The position numbers were made by a program, and so were the translations under genes. DNA of 64,000 nt from a virus (Duplodnaviria > Caudoviricetes). Under the pieces are notes generated by a model that made no database searches, was not told the DNA's origin, and worked only from the letters and a program-made list of their open reading frames with translations. Positions within the stretch are counted from its first letter, which is position 1; each line of letters begins with the position of its first letter. Positions 28,301-39,600 of this stretch are shown one piece after another. The stretch spans positions 1-64,000 of IMG/VR virus record IMGVR_UViG_2974628631_000001; one strand, 5' to 3'.

Positions 28301-28771
28301 TCATACGGTCGATACATTGTTGTTCAGGCCGGAAATGAAAAGACCCTATATGCTCACCTTTCTAGTAGAAACGCTAGAGCTGGACAGCAGGTCCGTGCGG
28401 GTCAGCTAATTGGTTACTCTGGTAACACAGGTAATTCAAGTGGTCCTCACCTTCACTTTGAGACATGGCGAAACGGCAAGACACTGCCTCCTGGTTCATT
28501 CGGAATTCCAGGTATGAAGACCGGCGGGTTCACATTGAGCGATGGTCTAGCAATGCTACACAAGAACGAAACAGTTCTTACAGCTCCATTGTCAGACCAA
28601 CTAAAGACTGGTATTCAGAAGATTGACCAGGGTGTTAATAACGACTATAATGTAACTATTGACCTTCGTGGAGCATACATCCGTGAAGAGGTAGATATCG
28701 AGAAGGCTGTAAACACAGCAATCTCTAAGCGAGAGAGTAAGCTAGGAAGGAATAGGAGCATTACAAGTTGA
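22370..28771 (+). CDS. Tape measure protein with C-terminal lytic transglycosylase-like and M23 peptidase domains
   Basis: Over 2000 aa, helical and Ala-rich; TAMQES..LNYGDRDSLGLFQQRPSQGWG; YAHLS...TGNSSGPHLHFE; start uncertain (22364/22370 non-AUG vs 22535). Confidence 0.92.
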   Translation: MENIQIRFSGSANFRQVYGEVARLNAELQAVQRAASAGAITPSAVATERNTLRQRVSMMGQFAAQAVNARTETAMLTEALVKRDLSLQNSMRIQKQFNNILREQYQLQRAMMTTYSSSGANGRVAGDIIIPQAATARMNAYTSSLKENAKGLLQIGRDSAAFSDAVSVMNQRVGLSSAILRASSESMIKWGKNTQWAGRQLMVGFTVPLMAFGAVAGKAAYDVDKSMTRIAKVYDTTAQTVIGKEKELSALRVESMSMATQVAQKYGQAVKETLDIEADLAATGLKGRELQEATVAVTRAATLGELDKQQAIKATIALQSVYGDSAEELARDFNYMNAIENATSLSMQDFVDAIPRGAGVMKALGVDLREMGILLVALKQNGIGATEGMNGLRSASQRLLTITGPAEDAWQRLLPNEGTLEALTKTTNRQFIPTLQKIGEVMRQNNLDADDQQEIIARVFGVYQSNKMYSVLDGLINKTDQVKTAYEIMNQDIADGGAKAATTAQGELDKMAQSASGKFKRAVEGIKAQLAAVGEPFLEVASVMLGWVSKLFDMFTSLPGAVKKFISAIVLIGAILGPIIMLVGLFANLFGNIFKFVGFIGMLVTRFKPLTIEQRAQQMMANQTSIAWQNEGRAAQVLSAQLAGLTAQMERVALANMQMAGTGITSLRPTTPNPTTNIGGIGPAVPPATSPYGVNAAGRNYNTQTGRLVSQREVNAYAAAQAAASRSAAQTAASTAATQRNWGKISVAMGATGVMAASMMAASGSSSQIMNYLSMALLSASLLGPMLVKAFRSAGIAAAASNMVSMFGVGRRAGSIAGRGGAGRLVSGLSAALPAAGRLGMLIARFAGPAGLLATGAYMAFKLYGNMKKGIETQKRINESAKDWADVLGFVYHEAGQIETKNGEIINTLDAQVTKLKEKNKELVKSLQLAKAAGDEEKAMNLAIAEGLKVRNHGGSAADATNATKLSLRAAGYTSQEIEPLMVKIKAQVDFSDAESTLNKQMDQFKDTFNKVANNKFGQGTWEGLGRAFSGRGEINQNAAERGKGMANEFWTGFQAQTSLSEKKNYFDKFFAQIEKEQHTAWGRLGNSNRADLKKVGIDSWSEFAQAYKDAQDMTPIEFRNVWADGDQEQAEKVMRALRGLGGETTRYAEKHMDAEKLIAREIAKKNNMSDEEIKKIETIDDLYGKLDMSFYTVKEAQKAYTQAMADYNRQGTKLSEKEKLRILNIYRNNAGLSKATSLEQQFGDALDNSKGKVDGNSDALKDAAASMDDWNNARQKAMSGAMDTVLSEADEIWSERADAEVQAIEDRGQRREDALDAQAERQDKRFDDRQEAADKRFDKRSKALDKRWEKIEDDFENRWDKRLKKEEDAYNKKIDNIKKAMEAEEKAEEQRQRIFEAEQTRLQRMAEIANQNIDFNVALNSGNLDEAAKIANNIQSTTDSWTIGDAAESSQSQSDKRKEKMEGQIDSLEAARDKRLEDLKKIEEAEKKALEAKKEREQEALAAERERYQKALEAERERYRKGIEAQKKAIQEQTQRDATARRKELERMKKTLELELLAVRASIPRNKKEYDKQIKTIEGLYSKYGVKLKTQGNNWANTVGDALTKHVKEASADIQNQIKWKTIGNSVTQDMVDGGFNLTTSQFMKWVTTGELPKKYKAPSKPKTRHKGGPVSGNSKYDNRDGRHWGAGLRRDESMMLLKNDEYVLNGRAHKALGTSYLDRINKGDIGTGGIGGASDGLGLMGAFAAGMEGMYESAAAMAIEAAGNQAMGFGIDGMAIPGQAGKYGNIFLNAEQLKNAATIIGVGKGMGATTTDLIVSIMTAMQESTLRNLNYGDRDSLGLFQQRPSQGWGTPEQIRTPSYAARKFFEHLLAMKGRHKLPLTEQAQRVQRSAYPSAYAKWEAMARQVVSGTGFQPFGGTGGGAKQRPVTGPVSRAYAQHSNLPRATDFGVGVGTPVRSAMNGMVTTSADLKGPGGYRSYGRYIVVQAGNEKTLYAHLSSRNARAGQQVRAGQLIGYSGNTGNSSGPHLHFETWRNGKTLPPGSFGIPGMKTGGFTLSDGLAMLHKNETVLTAPLSDQLKTGIQKIDQGVNNDYNVTIDLRGAYIREEVDIEKAVNTAISKRESKLGRNRSITS

Positions 28772-29169
28772 GTATTACACTAGTGAAGCCACGCCTCATG
28801 AGATGGAATGGCAATTCAATCACTGACCATAACAGAGCCCAGCTCAGTATTGATGTCGAGAGGATTGAGAAGAAGCAGCGAATGGCAAACGGCACATTGC
28901 GCAAGTACATTGTAGCCGACAAGCGAACCTTCTCAACCTCTTGGCAAATGCTGCCTAAGCTCACCTCACAGACCGTAGATGGTTTCTGGGGTGCTGAGGC
29001 TATTGAGAATTTCTACAATACAATTACCGGGTATTTCACATTGGAACTAACAGATGCAGACGGTGAATCAACTGATTACACCGTGATGTTCTCTGACTTC
29101 TCCAAGAATATTGTCAAGCGAGGCAGTGTAGACTTCTGGGAAATCAGCGTAGCATTGGAAGAGGCGTAA
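28768..29169 (+). CDS. Distal tail / minor tail protein
   Basis: RMANGTLRKY; directly after the tape measure gene. Confidence 0.75.
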   Translation: MSITLVKPRLMRWNGNSITDHNRAQLSIDVERIEKKQRMANGTLRKYIVADKRTFSTSWQMLPKLTSQTVDGFWGAEAIENFYNTITGYFTLELTDADGESTDYTVMFSDFSKNIVKRGSVDFWEISVALEEA

Positions 29170-32100
29170 ATGCAAACTTCAACATCATTTTTCCAGAATG
29201 CCCTCAAGCAGGGCGAAGATTTGCGCCCGGCGGCAAGAGTAATTGCTGAGTGGAATCATAACAGGTACACAAAGATTACCACTGTAGATAACTATCAGTA
29301 CGATGAGAAGACCAACGGATACGACCTTGATATGTATCCGATTGAGACTATTGCTTATCCAATCAGACCTACAGCAGGTCTGTTGAAGGCTCGTGCTGGT
29401 GAGGGTGCAGTCGTTCAGGGATACTCAGACACCCCGCGCGGGTACAGAACCTACACAGCAGACCCAGATTCAAAGTATAAGTACTGGACAAGTCCGGCGC
29501 AGGCTAACGAGACTCCGTATTCTGGAGGCGGTTACACTTTGCCTGAGCCTGTTCGTCCACACATTATCTATGCTACGACAGCTTTGACGAACAAGATTTA
29601 CATCTGCATTGAGAATTCATGGGCACGCCCTCAGAAGTACGACATCCAGATTACCACCAATGGTACAACGTGGACAACTGTAGCCTCTGACATTGTGACG
29701 AATTCCAGTGGTCAGATTATTCTCTATCTCCAGGACAATAACACATGGAGCACAACCGTTAACAGGAATAACGGAATGCAGATTCGTGGAATTAAGATGG
29801 ATGTAAAGTCCATGAACAGACATAATTCATGGTTTAATCTTGTTGAAATGGGTGCGCGTCTAGAAAAGGATTTGTCAGATAGACTTATCGACTTCTCTGT
29901 AAAGAATGAATTGTCTGATACAGACTTCATTACTCCAATGGGAACAATTAGTTCTAATACAGGAAGCATTTCTCTTTCTAATATTGATGGAATCTTTAAT
30001 CATGATAATCCTGATTCACCATATAAGGGTCTTATCGATGCCAATGTAAAGTTTACAATCGATTTTGGCATAGATGTATCTGACTGGGGTGGAACTGGAA
30101 TTGAGTGGATTCGCCAGGCCACCATGTACTCAGAAATTTGGGGTGGTGGTGAAGAGCAGGTAGACATTTCCCTAAAGGATGCTTCGAAGTATCTTCAGGA
30201 AGTCAAGCCTCTCCAGGAACTCATGCAGGATGTAACCATCGGAATGGCTATCTGGAGAATGCTGGATTCGGTCGGGTTTATTGACTATGAGTATAACCGC
30301 TCAGCAGAAGTGGCATCTAACCAGATTCCATTCTTCTGGACTGATGAAGATAAGACTGTCTGGGATAATATCCAGGAATTGTGTAAGGTGACGCAGTCAG
30401 CTTGCTATTTTGATGAGCATGGAATTCTGCAAATCAAGACGAGAGACGCAGCTTTTGATAAGACAAAGCCTGTTTCTTGGACATTTGATTACGCCAAGAA
30501 CGGGACTAAGTTGCCTGACATTGTCGATGTAGAAGTAGGAAGTTCATTTGAGGCCAACAAGGTTACAGTCAAGTATCAGAAGACGAACCTTGCTCAGGAT
30601 GCTCAGGGACGACCAATTTCTGAGGTTGTATGGCAGCCAGAAGATGACCTTGTTCTTCGTAGCTCCGCTTTGACTACAGCAATCACAAAGACGGATATGC
30701 GTTTCTGGATTGACAAGAAGGATATTGCCACATGGCCATATGAAGGCTTTGTAAATATCCGTGGTGAACTCATCAAGTACAAGGGCAAGGGATATCGTTA
30801 CTACAAGAAGAACGGGTCTTACACAGGAAACATTGATAATGATACAATCTTCAAGGTCATTTACACAAATGACGAGAAGTTGCAGATTGACAATGAACTG
30901 TCCAATCCTCTCCATTCATGGCGTAACTATTTCACGGGCTACATGCGTGTAGAAGAGCGTGGCTACGACAGTACCACAGCTCAGCAGCACGACCTTGTAC
31001 AGACAGTTTGGCTCAGTAATGGCTCATACTATGGCCTTGAAGGTGGTACACAAAAGCTCTGGAACGGTGGAACAAAATTCATGCCTACCGATTCAAAGTT
31101 GCGTCTTCAGTCTACAGGAAAGAAGGCTACTGGAAATCACTGGTACACCGCACGTCGTGGTGCTTGGACAGGTGAGTCACCAAAGTTCATCGGAACCAGA
31201 ATGATGTTCCCTTCAAATCCTAAGGGTAAGCATACTGCCGCCGGGATTTGGGTTTGGGGTAACACCGCTCAGAATAATATGTACGCTATTGACATCAAGT
31301 GCACAAAGAACATTGACCGAAAGACTCACAATGAGGTCAGGGTCCTTAAGCGTTCTGGTGGAAAGGTATATTCTATTGGTGGAAAGGGAGCAACTGTAGC
31401 AATCGATTACGATAAGTGGTATGACATTGATGTGGTTGTGACCAGTACTGCTAGGTTTACTGTCTACATCAACGGTGTTCTTGTTATGAATGTGATGGAT
31501 GGTGCTGACGGAAATGGCCCGGATATTCCTATCTCGGGTCGTGCAGGATTGTATGTACGAGGAGACTGTGTAGCCGACTTTGAGTATTACTACATGATGG
31601 CTGATGGAGGAATTCAGGAAACTGACCTTGACAATTCTTCATATCTTGACCTTGTTCGCGGCGGGTATTTCTCTAATCAGTATTACAGAGACTTTGTTAC
31701 CCGTACACGAGTCGCACAGAGACGTAGAGGAAAGAAGACCATCAAGTACACACAATGGTACGACCAGAGGTATTTTGATGAATTCGGTATGCAGGTACAT
31801 GAATATCGACCTTACGACATTACCTTTGACAAGGCTCCGGTCCTATACTCAAGTCTTTACATCAGCAATGACAGTCAGGTTGTTCAGGACGAGTATGTTC
31901 ACAATCCATTTGGAGCACATTTCGTTATCGCCAATGCTTCACGAGTCAACTCTGTGGTAAATGGTGAAGACACATTGACCTACGGTAAGGATAATCCTGT
32001 TGAACAGAAGATTATGATTACTGGTCGAACAATTCAGCAGGCAGAGGCAACAGATTATGAAGTAAAGAATGAGCAGGCTATCAGGGCCAGAGGAGAAATT

Positions 32101-32373
32101 GCTCTGGAATTCTCCTCTCAGTGGATTCAGTCAGAGGCAGCCGCAAAGGCTCTCGGTGACTGGATTGTCAATAACTGGGCGGACCCTTGTGATGAAGTTG
32201 AAATGGATGTCTTTGGAAATCCTCTCATTCAGATTGGTGATATCATCGCAGTCAATTACCCACCTAAGGATATGGCAGCAGCAACGCATAAGTACTTTGT
32301 TACGGGCGTTGACCAGGCGTGGGATAACGGTCTAACGACTAGCCTGTCTCTACGTCGCGCTAGAATTTCGTGA
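29170..32373 (+). CDS. Minor tail protein (baseplate hub/Tal-like)
   Basis: 1067 aa; YFDEHG.LQI, C-terminal GNPLIQIGDII. Confidence 0.8.
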   Translation: MQTSTSFFQNALKQGEDLRPAARVIAEWNHNRYTKITTVDNYQYDEKTNGYDLDMYPIETIAYPIRPTAGLLKARAGEGAVVQGYSDTPRGYRTYTADPDSKYKYWTSPAQANETPYSGGGYTLPEPVRPHIIYATTALTNKIYICIENSWARPQKYDIQITTNGTTWTTVASDIVTNSSGQIILYLQDNNTWSTTVNRNNGMQIRGIKMDVKSMNRHNSWFNLVEMGARLEKDLSDRLIDFSVKNELSDTDFITPMGTISSNTGSISLSNIDGIFNHDNPDSPYKGLIDANVKFTIDFGIDVSDWGGTGIEWIRQATMYSEIWGGGEEQVDISLKDASKYLQEVKPLQELMQDVTIGMAIWRMLDSVGFIDYEYNRSAEVASNQIPFFWTDEDKTVWDNIQELCKVTQSACYFDEHGILQIKTRDAAFDKTKPVSWTFDYAKNGTKLPDIVDVEVGSSFEANKVTVKYQKTNLAQDAQGRPISEVVWQPEDDLVLRSSALTTAITKTDMRFWIDKKDIATWPYEGFVNIRGELIKYKGKGYRYYKKNGSYTGNIDNDTIFKVIYTNDEKLQIDNELSNPLHSWRNYFTGYMRVEERGYDSTTAQQHDLVQTVWLSNGSYYGLEGGTQKLWNGGTKFMPTDSKLRLQSTGKKATGNHWYTARRGAWTGESPKFIGTRMMFPSNPKGKHTAAGIWVWGNTAQNNMYAIDIKCTKNIDRKTHNEVRVLKRSGGKVYSIGGKGATVAIDYDKWYDIDVVVTSTARFTVYINGVLVMNVMDGADGNGPDIPISGRAGLYVRGDCVADFEYYYMMADGGIQETDLDNSSYLDLVRGGYFSNQYYRDFVTRTRVAQRRRGKKTIKYTQWYDQRYFDEFGMQVHEYRPYDITFDKAPVLYSSLYISNDSQVVQDEYVHNPFGAHFVIANASRVNSVVNGEDTLTYGKDNPVEQKIMITGRTIQQAEATDYEVKNEQAIRARGEIALEFSSQWIQSEAAAKALGDWIVNNWADPCDEVEMDVFGNPLIQIGDIIAVNYPPKDMAAATHKYFVTGVDQAWDNGLTTSLSLRRARIS

Positions 32374-32412
32374 TATTTGACTTTCGCTTGACCGAAAGAT
32401 ATAATTAATGAC

Positions 32413-32793
32413 ATGGACCAAATTAAGTCAACGAATGTCATTAAGGCTCCAGAAATTGTTCTGGACCCCACATTCTTTCTGCCACCTGACGTTGTAGATG
32501 TCAGAGTAGGTAATACAAGCGACCCTGCCGAAGAGGACGGGGTTACTTATGATGACATCGTTGATGTAGATGACGTTATTGTCTCCGACGATGATTTGGC
32601 CAATCCGGGACCAGAAGTCCCGACAGACGACGATGGGGAGGGAGCAGAAGTGCTCCCTACTCCACAATGGATGAATATTATTGACCAGCAGGTTCGAATT
32701 GCTCCCGATGGCAAGGCTGTCGTTGATGTTGTGATTGAGCTTGAGGACGTAGCAGGCGCAACAGAATACGATGTAAGGATGACCAAGGCGTGA
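32413..32793 (+). CDS. Acidic minor tail protein
   Basis: Leaderless ATG after TTGACT-17-TATAAT; tail module. Confidence 0.7.
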   Translation: MDQIKSTNVIKAPEIVLDPTFFLPPDVVDVRVGNTSDPAEEDGVTYDDIVDVDDVIVSDDDLANPGPEVPTDDDGEGAEVLPTPQWMNIIDQQVRIAPDGKAVVDVVIELEDVAGATEYDVRMTKA

Positions 32794-33683
32794 AGGGCGT
32801 ATACAGATTTTATCAGGGTGGCGAACTAATCGCTGAGCACAAGAACCTCTTGACCACTGAAGGTAAGAGGCTTATTTTGCGTTATCTGGCCGGACAGTCC
32901 CCAAGTTTGGGTGCTGCCATCGGTCTTGGTGTTTCCGGTGCTGCGGCTACCGTTGATGACACAACTCTTGGATTTGAAATCGAGCGTGTATCAGTTGCGC
33001 TGAAGAGTGCTGATTATACAAATAGCCTTGTTCTATTCAAGGGAACTGTTGAGCAAGACACAACATTCAACATTTATGAGGCGGGTTTGTGGAGTTCATC
33101 ATCCAACACTTTGAGCGGAGAGTTTGACTCCAAGCTACTCACGACATTCGACCTAAGCCTAGAAGAGTGGACAAATGTAACTGCCGACACTACTGCAAAC
33201 AGAACCAGCGAGGATTCTGCCAAGGTGAGTGCGGCTATCTCGTCTACTACCCAGGCACGCCTTGATGTTGAAATGGACCTTTCTGGATACTCTGTGAATG
33301 ATACGTTCCTGCTTGCATTCAGTAAGCCAAACAATAATATCACTACAATCAAGCTTGTATTTGAGGACCCTATCACTGGTGGCTCTCTTTCATTGTCCAA
33401 GACAGTTTCAGCTCTCCCTACAGGATACAATATCTTGACATTCAAGAAGGGCGACTTCGTTGCTTCTGGAACAATCAATTGGGACAACATTACCCGAATG
33501 GGATTTGACGTAACCGCTGGAGGAACAGCAGGCTATGTGATTTTGGACGGGTTGCGTGTGGAAGATGTAGATACTCCTAATCAGGACTACATCCTTGTAT
33601 CTCATGCAATTCTCTCCAGTCCAATCAACAAGACAAACGTTGCTCCAATGGATGTAGAATATGCATTGGAGTTTAGTGTATGA
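32790..33683 (+). CDS. Minor tail protein
   Basis: NLLTTEGK, DTTLGFEI, IYEAGL (tail-fibre-base-like pattern). Confidence 0.75.
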   Translation: MKGVYRFYQGGELIAEHKNLLTTEGKRLILRYLAGQSPSLGAAIGLGVSGAAATVDDTTLGFEIERVSVALKSADYTNSLVLFKGTVEQDTTFNIYEAGLWSSSSNTLSGEFDSKLLTTFDLSLEEWTNVTADTTANRTSEDSAKVSAAISSTTQARLDVEMDLSGYSVNDTFLLAFSKPNNNITTIKLVFEDPITGGSLSLSKTVSALPTGYNILTFKKGDFVASGTINWDNITRMGFDVTAGGTAGYVILDGLRVEDVDTPNQDYILVSHAILSSPINKTNVAPMDVEYALEFSV

Positions 33684-36600
33684 GTAGAATTCTTCTAAGA
33701 GACCTAGAGCCAGGAAGGCTTTACCACATTCAGGCAAGAGCCACGAATGGTGAACAGTCTTCTCAGTGGTCACAGCTTTGGGACCTTCAGACAACCAGCG
33801 ACATTATGCCACCAGCCGCACCTACGGGCCTTTCTTGGGTCGTTGAAGGTACGGCTTTCAAGGCTGTCTGGACAGGACCAACTCTGAATCAGGATGGTTC
33901 AGACCTGCGTGATTTCAAGGATTTCCAGGTCAAGATTTATTCTCCAGCAGCTCCCGGAACAATTGTTACATACTACACGACATCTGCCCGATTTGATTTG
34001 CCTTTTGAGAATAACGTAAACTCATTCGGCACACCACGTGCACAGGTAACAATTGAGGTTAGAGCCAGAGACAACACAGGAAACCTTTCAACATCTGCAA
34101 CAGCCACGGCAACAAATCCACCACCAGCTAACGTGACTGGATTTACAGCTACCGGAATCACTGATGCGATTTCCGTTAAGTGGAATGCAAACGCAGACAC
34201 AGACCTAAAGTATTACAAGGTTTGGCAGGGAACTGCGGCGGGGTCTGAGAACACTCTCGTATACACAGGTCTAGCTACCTCATTCGTATTCGATACCCTG
34301 TCAACATCACCTCAGTATTTCAAGATTGTAGCGGTTGACGTATTCAATTCAGAGTCAGCAACAGCGGCAACAGCCAGCGCAACTGCTAAGTCTTCCCTAG
34401 CCGTAGATGGAACTCCGCCTGCCGCTCCAACTGGAGTAACTGTTACATCAGCTCTAGACACATCTGACCCTTCTGGAGGAAGGGCTTATATTGACGTGTC
34501 TTGGACTGGTGTAGCTGACACAGACCTACAGAATTACAGCGTTCGATACAGCACTGGAACTACTTGGGAATACATTGATGTCCCTGAGGGAGTTACAACA
34601 GCTCGAATCAATGGTCTTCGTCCAAACACCAATTACAATGTAGCAGTTGCTGCCGTTGATTATTCTGGTAATTCAAGTGCTTATGTAAATGCTGGCACCT
34701 ATCCAATTCTGACAGCCAAGGATACTACAGCTCCAGCAGCTCCAACCGGAGTAACTGTTGGCGCGGGTGTTACCACAATGACTGTTGCTTGGACAGAGAA
34801 TACTGAAAACGATGTTAAGAATGGTATTGGTACTTATGAAGTACAGCTAGATACCGTTAATACATTTAATTCAGGAAATCTAATTACTAAGCAGAATTCT
34901 GGAACAATTGTTGCATTCACCAACCTGACATCTAACACGACCTACTACACAAGAGTTCGTGCAATTGATGCTACAGGAAATGCCGGGTCTTATTCATCAA
35001 TCGTTTCTGGCACCCCACGATATGTAGCCAATGCTGATATTCAGGCGGGTACAATTAGTGGTGACAAGATTACCGCAGCAAGCATTAACGGTGACCGAGT
35101 AGTAGCCAACACCCTTGACGCCAACGTGCTCAAGGCCAACACGACGTTCTCTCAGAACCTCAATGTTGGCAGTACGTTCACCATGGCTTCCAGTGGTATT
35201 ATGAAGAGCAGCAATTATGTGGCGGGTGTCTCTGGATGGCAGCTAACAAATACTACTCTTGAAATTAATCAGGGTACCATCAAGGCGGCAGCGCTTCAGC
35301 TTCAGAATGGTCACAACATGCTTCACCCTGCTTATGCAGATTGGGAGTTTGTGAAGTCATGGTACACGAATAACCTCATCACATTCAATGATGGAGGAGT
35401 TTCGACATGGGCCATTTCAGATGCTACAGATGTTACTGGTAAGTACAATACTCAGTGCATCAAGACTTCGTGGACTGGTGTCGGAACGTTCTCAAGAACG
35501 TACATGGGACCAACCTACACGTCATACAATGTTCAGCTTGAAGCCAATACGGACTACATTTTCTCTGGTTGGGTTTATGTAAAGACAGGCGCGGGTGCTA
35601 AGACAGCAGCCCTTGGAATTAAGCTAGCAGATGCTACATTCCCTGGTCCAGTTGCGAATACATCAATTCCTGCTACATCCACATGGACTCGCATTTGGGG
35701 TACATTCAATTCAGGTACTCAGACAAGCGCTGAGCTTTACCTTTCACAGTACACTTCAGGAGACATGTACTGGGATGGTCTACAGCTTGAGAAGAAGGTC
35801 ACCGCAGATACCGTTCCGTCTCAGTGGAAGCCACCAGGCTCTACATCTATCGATGGTGGAATTATTCGCACTGGTGAAATTCGTTCTACAGCAGCCGCAA
35901 GCGGCCTTGCTGGTCAACCAGCATGGTCAATCAATGTTCAGGGTAATGCCCAGTTTGGTGATGCTAACATTCGTGGACGCCTTGTTGTTGGAGACATCAA
36001 TAATCCATCAGCGGATGGTGTGAACTCAAAGATTCAGTCTGCCAATTATTCGGTAGGAACATCCGGTTGGATTGTCCGTAATGATGGATATGCCGAATTT
36101 CGTCAGCTAGCAGTCAACTCAATCAAGGTTACCGCTTTCGACTCTCCATTCCAGAACACTGCAAATGCTAAGTTGTTCGATTATATGCAGGATGCGAATC
36201 TTTGGCTACAGAGCGGTTCTGTTCAACAGAAGACCGACCCTGGCGCTTACTCTGCCGAGTCTTTGTTCGAATTTACCGGGCCGGGTTTGGTGTTGAGAAA
36301 TGGTACTGGTGTTAAGCCTATCGCTTATGACCCAACTATTCTATACCGCATTTCCGCTCGTGTTCGTGCCTTTACCGTTGCTACATTGAATAGTAATGGA
36401 ACATTTGAAGGAAACAACACAACCGGATGGACAGTAGACGCTACAAACGGAGCCACCATTGCGGCAAGTAACACCTACGCAAGCACAGGAACCTACTCAA
36501 TGAGAATGACTTCTGGTGCTTCTACTGGTGCTTCTTATCGTGCATGGACAAACGTTATTGTAAAGCCGGGGTATAACTACACAATCAATGCCAAGATTAA

Positions 36601-39600
36601 GGCAATGATTCAGGCTGCTTACTACAATGCAACTAATTATGGAAACATTGAACTTCGTGTAACATGGTTCGGAACCAGTGGATATCTTGATGAGTCAATT
36701 CAGCTTATTACCCCACCTATCGATGCCAATGGTCTTATCCTTACAGCACCTACAGATTGGTTCTCAGTTGGTGCGACATTCACAGCTCCAGCTTTGGCAA
36801 CAAACGCCAACTTCATCATTCGGCTTGCTCGTTATGATAACGTAACATCTGGAACTGTAATTGGATACATTGATGATGTTTCTGTTACAACGCCACCAAG
36901 AATTAAGCTTGGTCTATTTGGTATGGATAATGCGAATAATTTCATTGATTATGATTTTATCGATGATGCAACCACACCAACCAAGAAGCATCCAATGCCA
37001 TCAGATTACAGCACATTGTCTTCATTCTCATCAAGTCAGTACATGCTTGTGGCTGACAATGTTGAGGTGCCAATTGCAACTGGTGGTTCAAGCACCACAT
37101 CCGACTGGATTACCCTTACAGGATATATCAAGGGGCGTGGTGGTTCTGGAGCCACAGGTAAGTTCGGTAAGTCTGGAATGTTCCTTGATGAGTACACTCC
37201 TTCATCATTTAACCAGGAAGTTCGCTTCATGGTTCCTTATGTTGAATTCGATACTGCGACGGGTTCTATTGCACAGCTTGACCAGTTCTCCATTGAGTCA
37301 TATGAATCTGGTGCTGTATCCAAGATTGATACTACAGGAACTACCGACAACGCGAAGAGTGTATCGATTGAAAATATTCAGGATGCTGAACAGTTTGACC
37401 ATGCGATTAGATTCTATACTGGAGATTCAGATGAAAGGAATCCTGGTCTAATTGGTCACTCAATTGATGGTGATGAGAATAATTCTCCTCATTTGAGAAT
37501 TGCTTCTCCAACTATCAATAAGTATGGAAATCCATTTATTGGGCTATGGGAGAGAAATCCTAACTATATCTATGATGGGTCATTCTCGAATGGTATTTCT
37601 GGATGGGCAGCTTTTGGAACAAACACAACTCTTAGTTGGGAAAATAACGATGGATATGACGATAATAATTCACTAAAGGTAGCTGCCAGTGGTACTGTTA
37701 CAACTTCGTCTGAATTCATTGCAGTTTATGATGTCCCTATTAATGGAAATCCAGAACTCGTAGGTGAAGCCATTGGTGCGTCTGCATACTTGAAGACTAA
37801 CGGACCAACAAGGTCAGTAAAGGTTCAGGTAAACTTCCTTGACTCTGCGTATGCTCTAGTCAGTGGATGGTATGTCCAGAAGAATATCTCATCTAGCTGG
37901 ACAAGATATTCATTCATTACTGGCTCTACAATTCCAGACACTGCGGCATATTTGAGAATCTTCATTTACTGGACTGCTGGTGCAACTGGAGATGTAGTTT
38001 ATGTAGACAATGTGCAGATGGAAGTTGAGGGAATCACTGCTTATCGTTCAGCATCAGCAAGTAAGATTCTTCTGGATTCTGACGTTACTAAGAGTCGTGG
38101 ACCAATCATCATTTCTGAGACTGACTTTGACCTTCCACCACCTGTTATTGGCGGGTTGAATAAGCCAGACATGCCAGGATACAAGGGTGTTGTTGTACAG
38201 ACTGAGTCTGGTACTGGAGCAATGCGTCTTGTCAATTACACAGATACTAATGGAACAAGAGTTTCATGGACATCTAGCTTCTTCAGTACTGAAGGGGCGG
38301 AAGAGTCTGGCCTTGTCATCTATGGTATGGCTGATGGCTCTTTCCCTGGCAGAATGGCGATGCGCAGTCCAAATGGTTCTTGGGCATTGTCAACTCAGCC
38401 ATCGTCGGATGGTAGCTATCCATATGATGTCCATATCCATGGTTCTCTTATTGTTGACGGTCAGCTTCAGTGGGTTCCACTTACTTCAAGTGCGGTTACT
38501 CCATTTGACGCCGGGCGTGCACTTGGTGTTGCTAAGATTAACAACATGCTGGTATTCCGTGGAGCGGGTTCTTGGTCTGGTACGGCTGGTGCTTCTGGAA
38601 CAGTAATCTTTACACTTCCAGTTGGATATCGACCATCAAGTCCACAGTATATGTGTGCTCTTATGTGGAACGGTAACTCATGGTCATCAGGTGTAGCATT
38701 CCACGTGAAGACAAGCGGTGAATGTATTCTATGGTCACCACCTGAGGGTGCCGGTCTTGGTACCTCACTTTCTATTGAAGGATTGCAGATGAATCTATCA
38801 GCTATGCCTACAACATCAACTCCAGGCACAGACACAACAGCCCCATCAGCGCCTACCGGATTCACGATTTCTGCTGTATCGTCTGGAACGTCAACAGGTT
38901 CTTACAAGCTTGCTTGGACGAATCCTAGCGCTTCCGATACTGCTGGTGTTAAGGTTATCTGGCGCTCGGACCGTTATCCAACAGTAACAATTGCGGGTTC
39001 TGGTACAAAGACCTTGACAACTGATGGTACAGTGATTACGGTTACTGGTTCTGCTTCTCAGGCAAAGACCTACACACACTCTGGTATTCCAGTGAACAGA
39101 ACAATTTACTATCGTGTGGTTTCTTACGACAAGTCTGGCAACCACTCAACATATGTGAGTGCGTCTAGATACTTGCTAGCGAGCCCTATCACTATCTCAC
39201 CATCTAGCTCCGGTTCTTACCGACTAGGCTATGGAGGTATGTGGCGTAACGATGGTGATGAAGTCTATCAGGGTGACTGGACTGGAAACGACAACCATCG
39301 TGGTCTTTACTTCTACGGTACTAACATCTATAGCAAGTTGTCAACTGGTGGAGTTGTTAGAACACCTACAAAGATGACTATCTATCTAAAGAGATTGAGC
39401 ACTTCCCACGGTAATAATGCCGGGGTTGGAATCAACCTTCGTGGGCACAAGTATCAGAGCAAGCCTTCTGGTGACCCAGTAGGTTCTATGACTAATGAGG
39501 GAAGCGATGGAGATAACATCGTTTACCTAAGTCGTGGAGAGGCTGCTACGGTAACGATTCCATCTTCATGGTACAATAACTTTGTGGTGGCTGACCCGAA

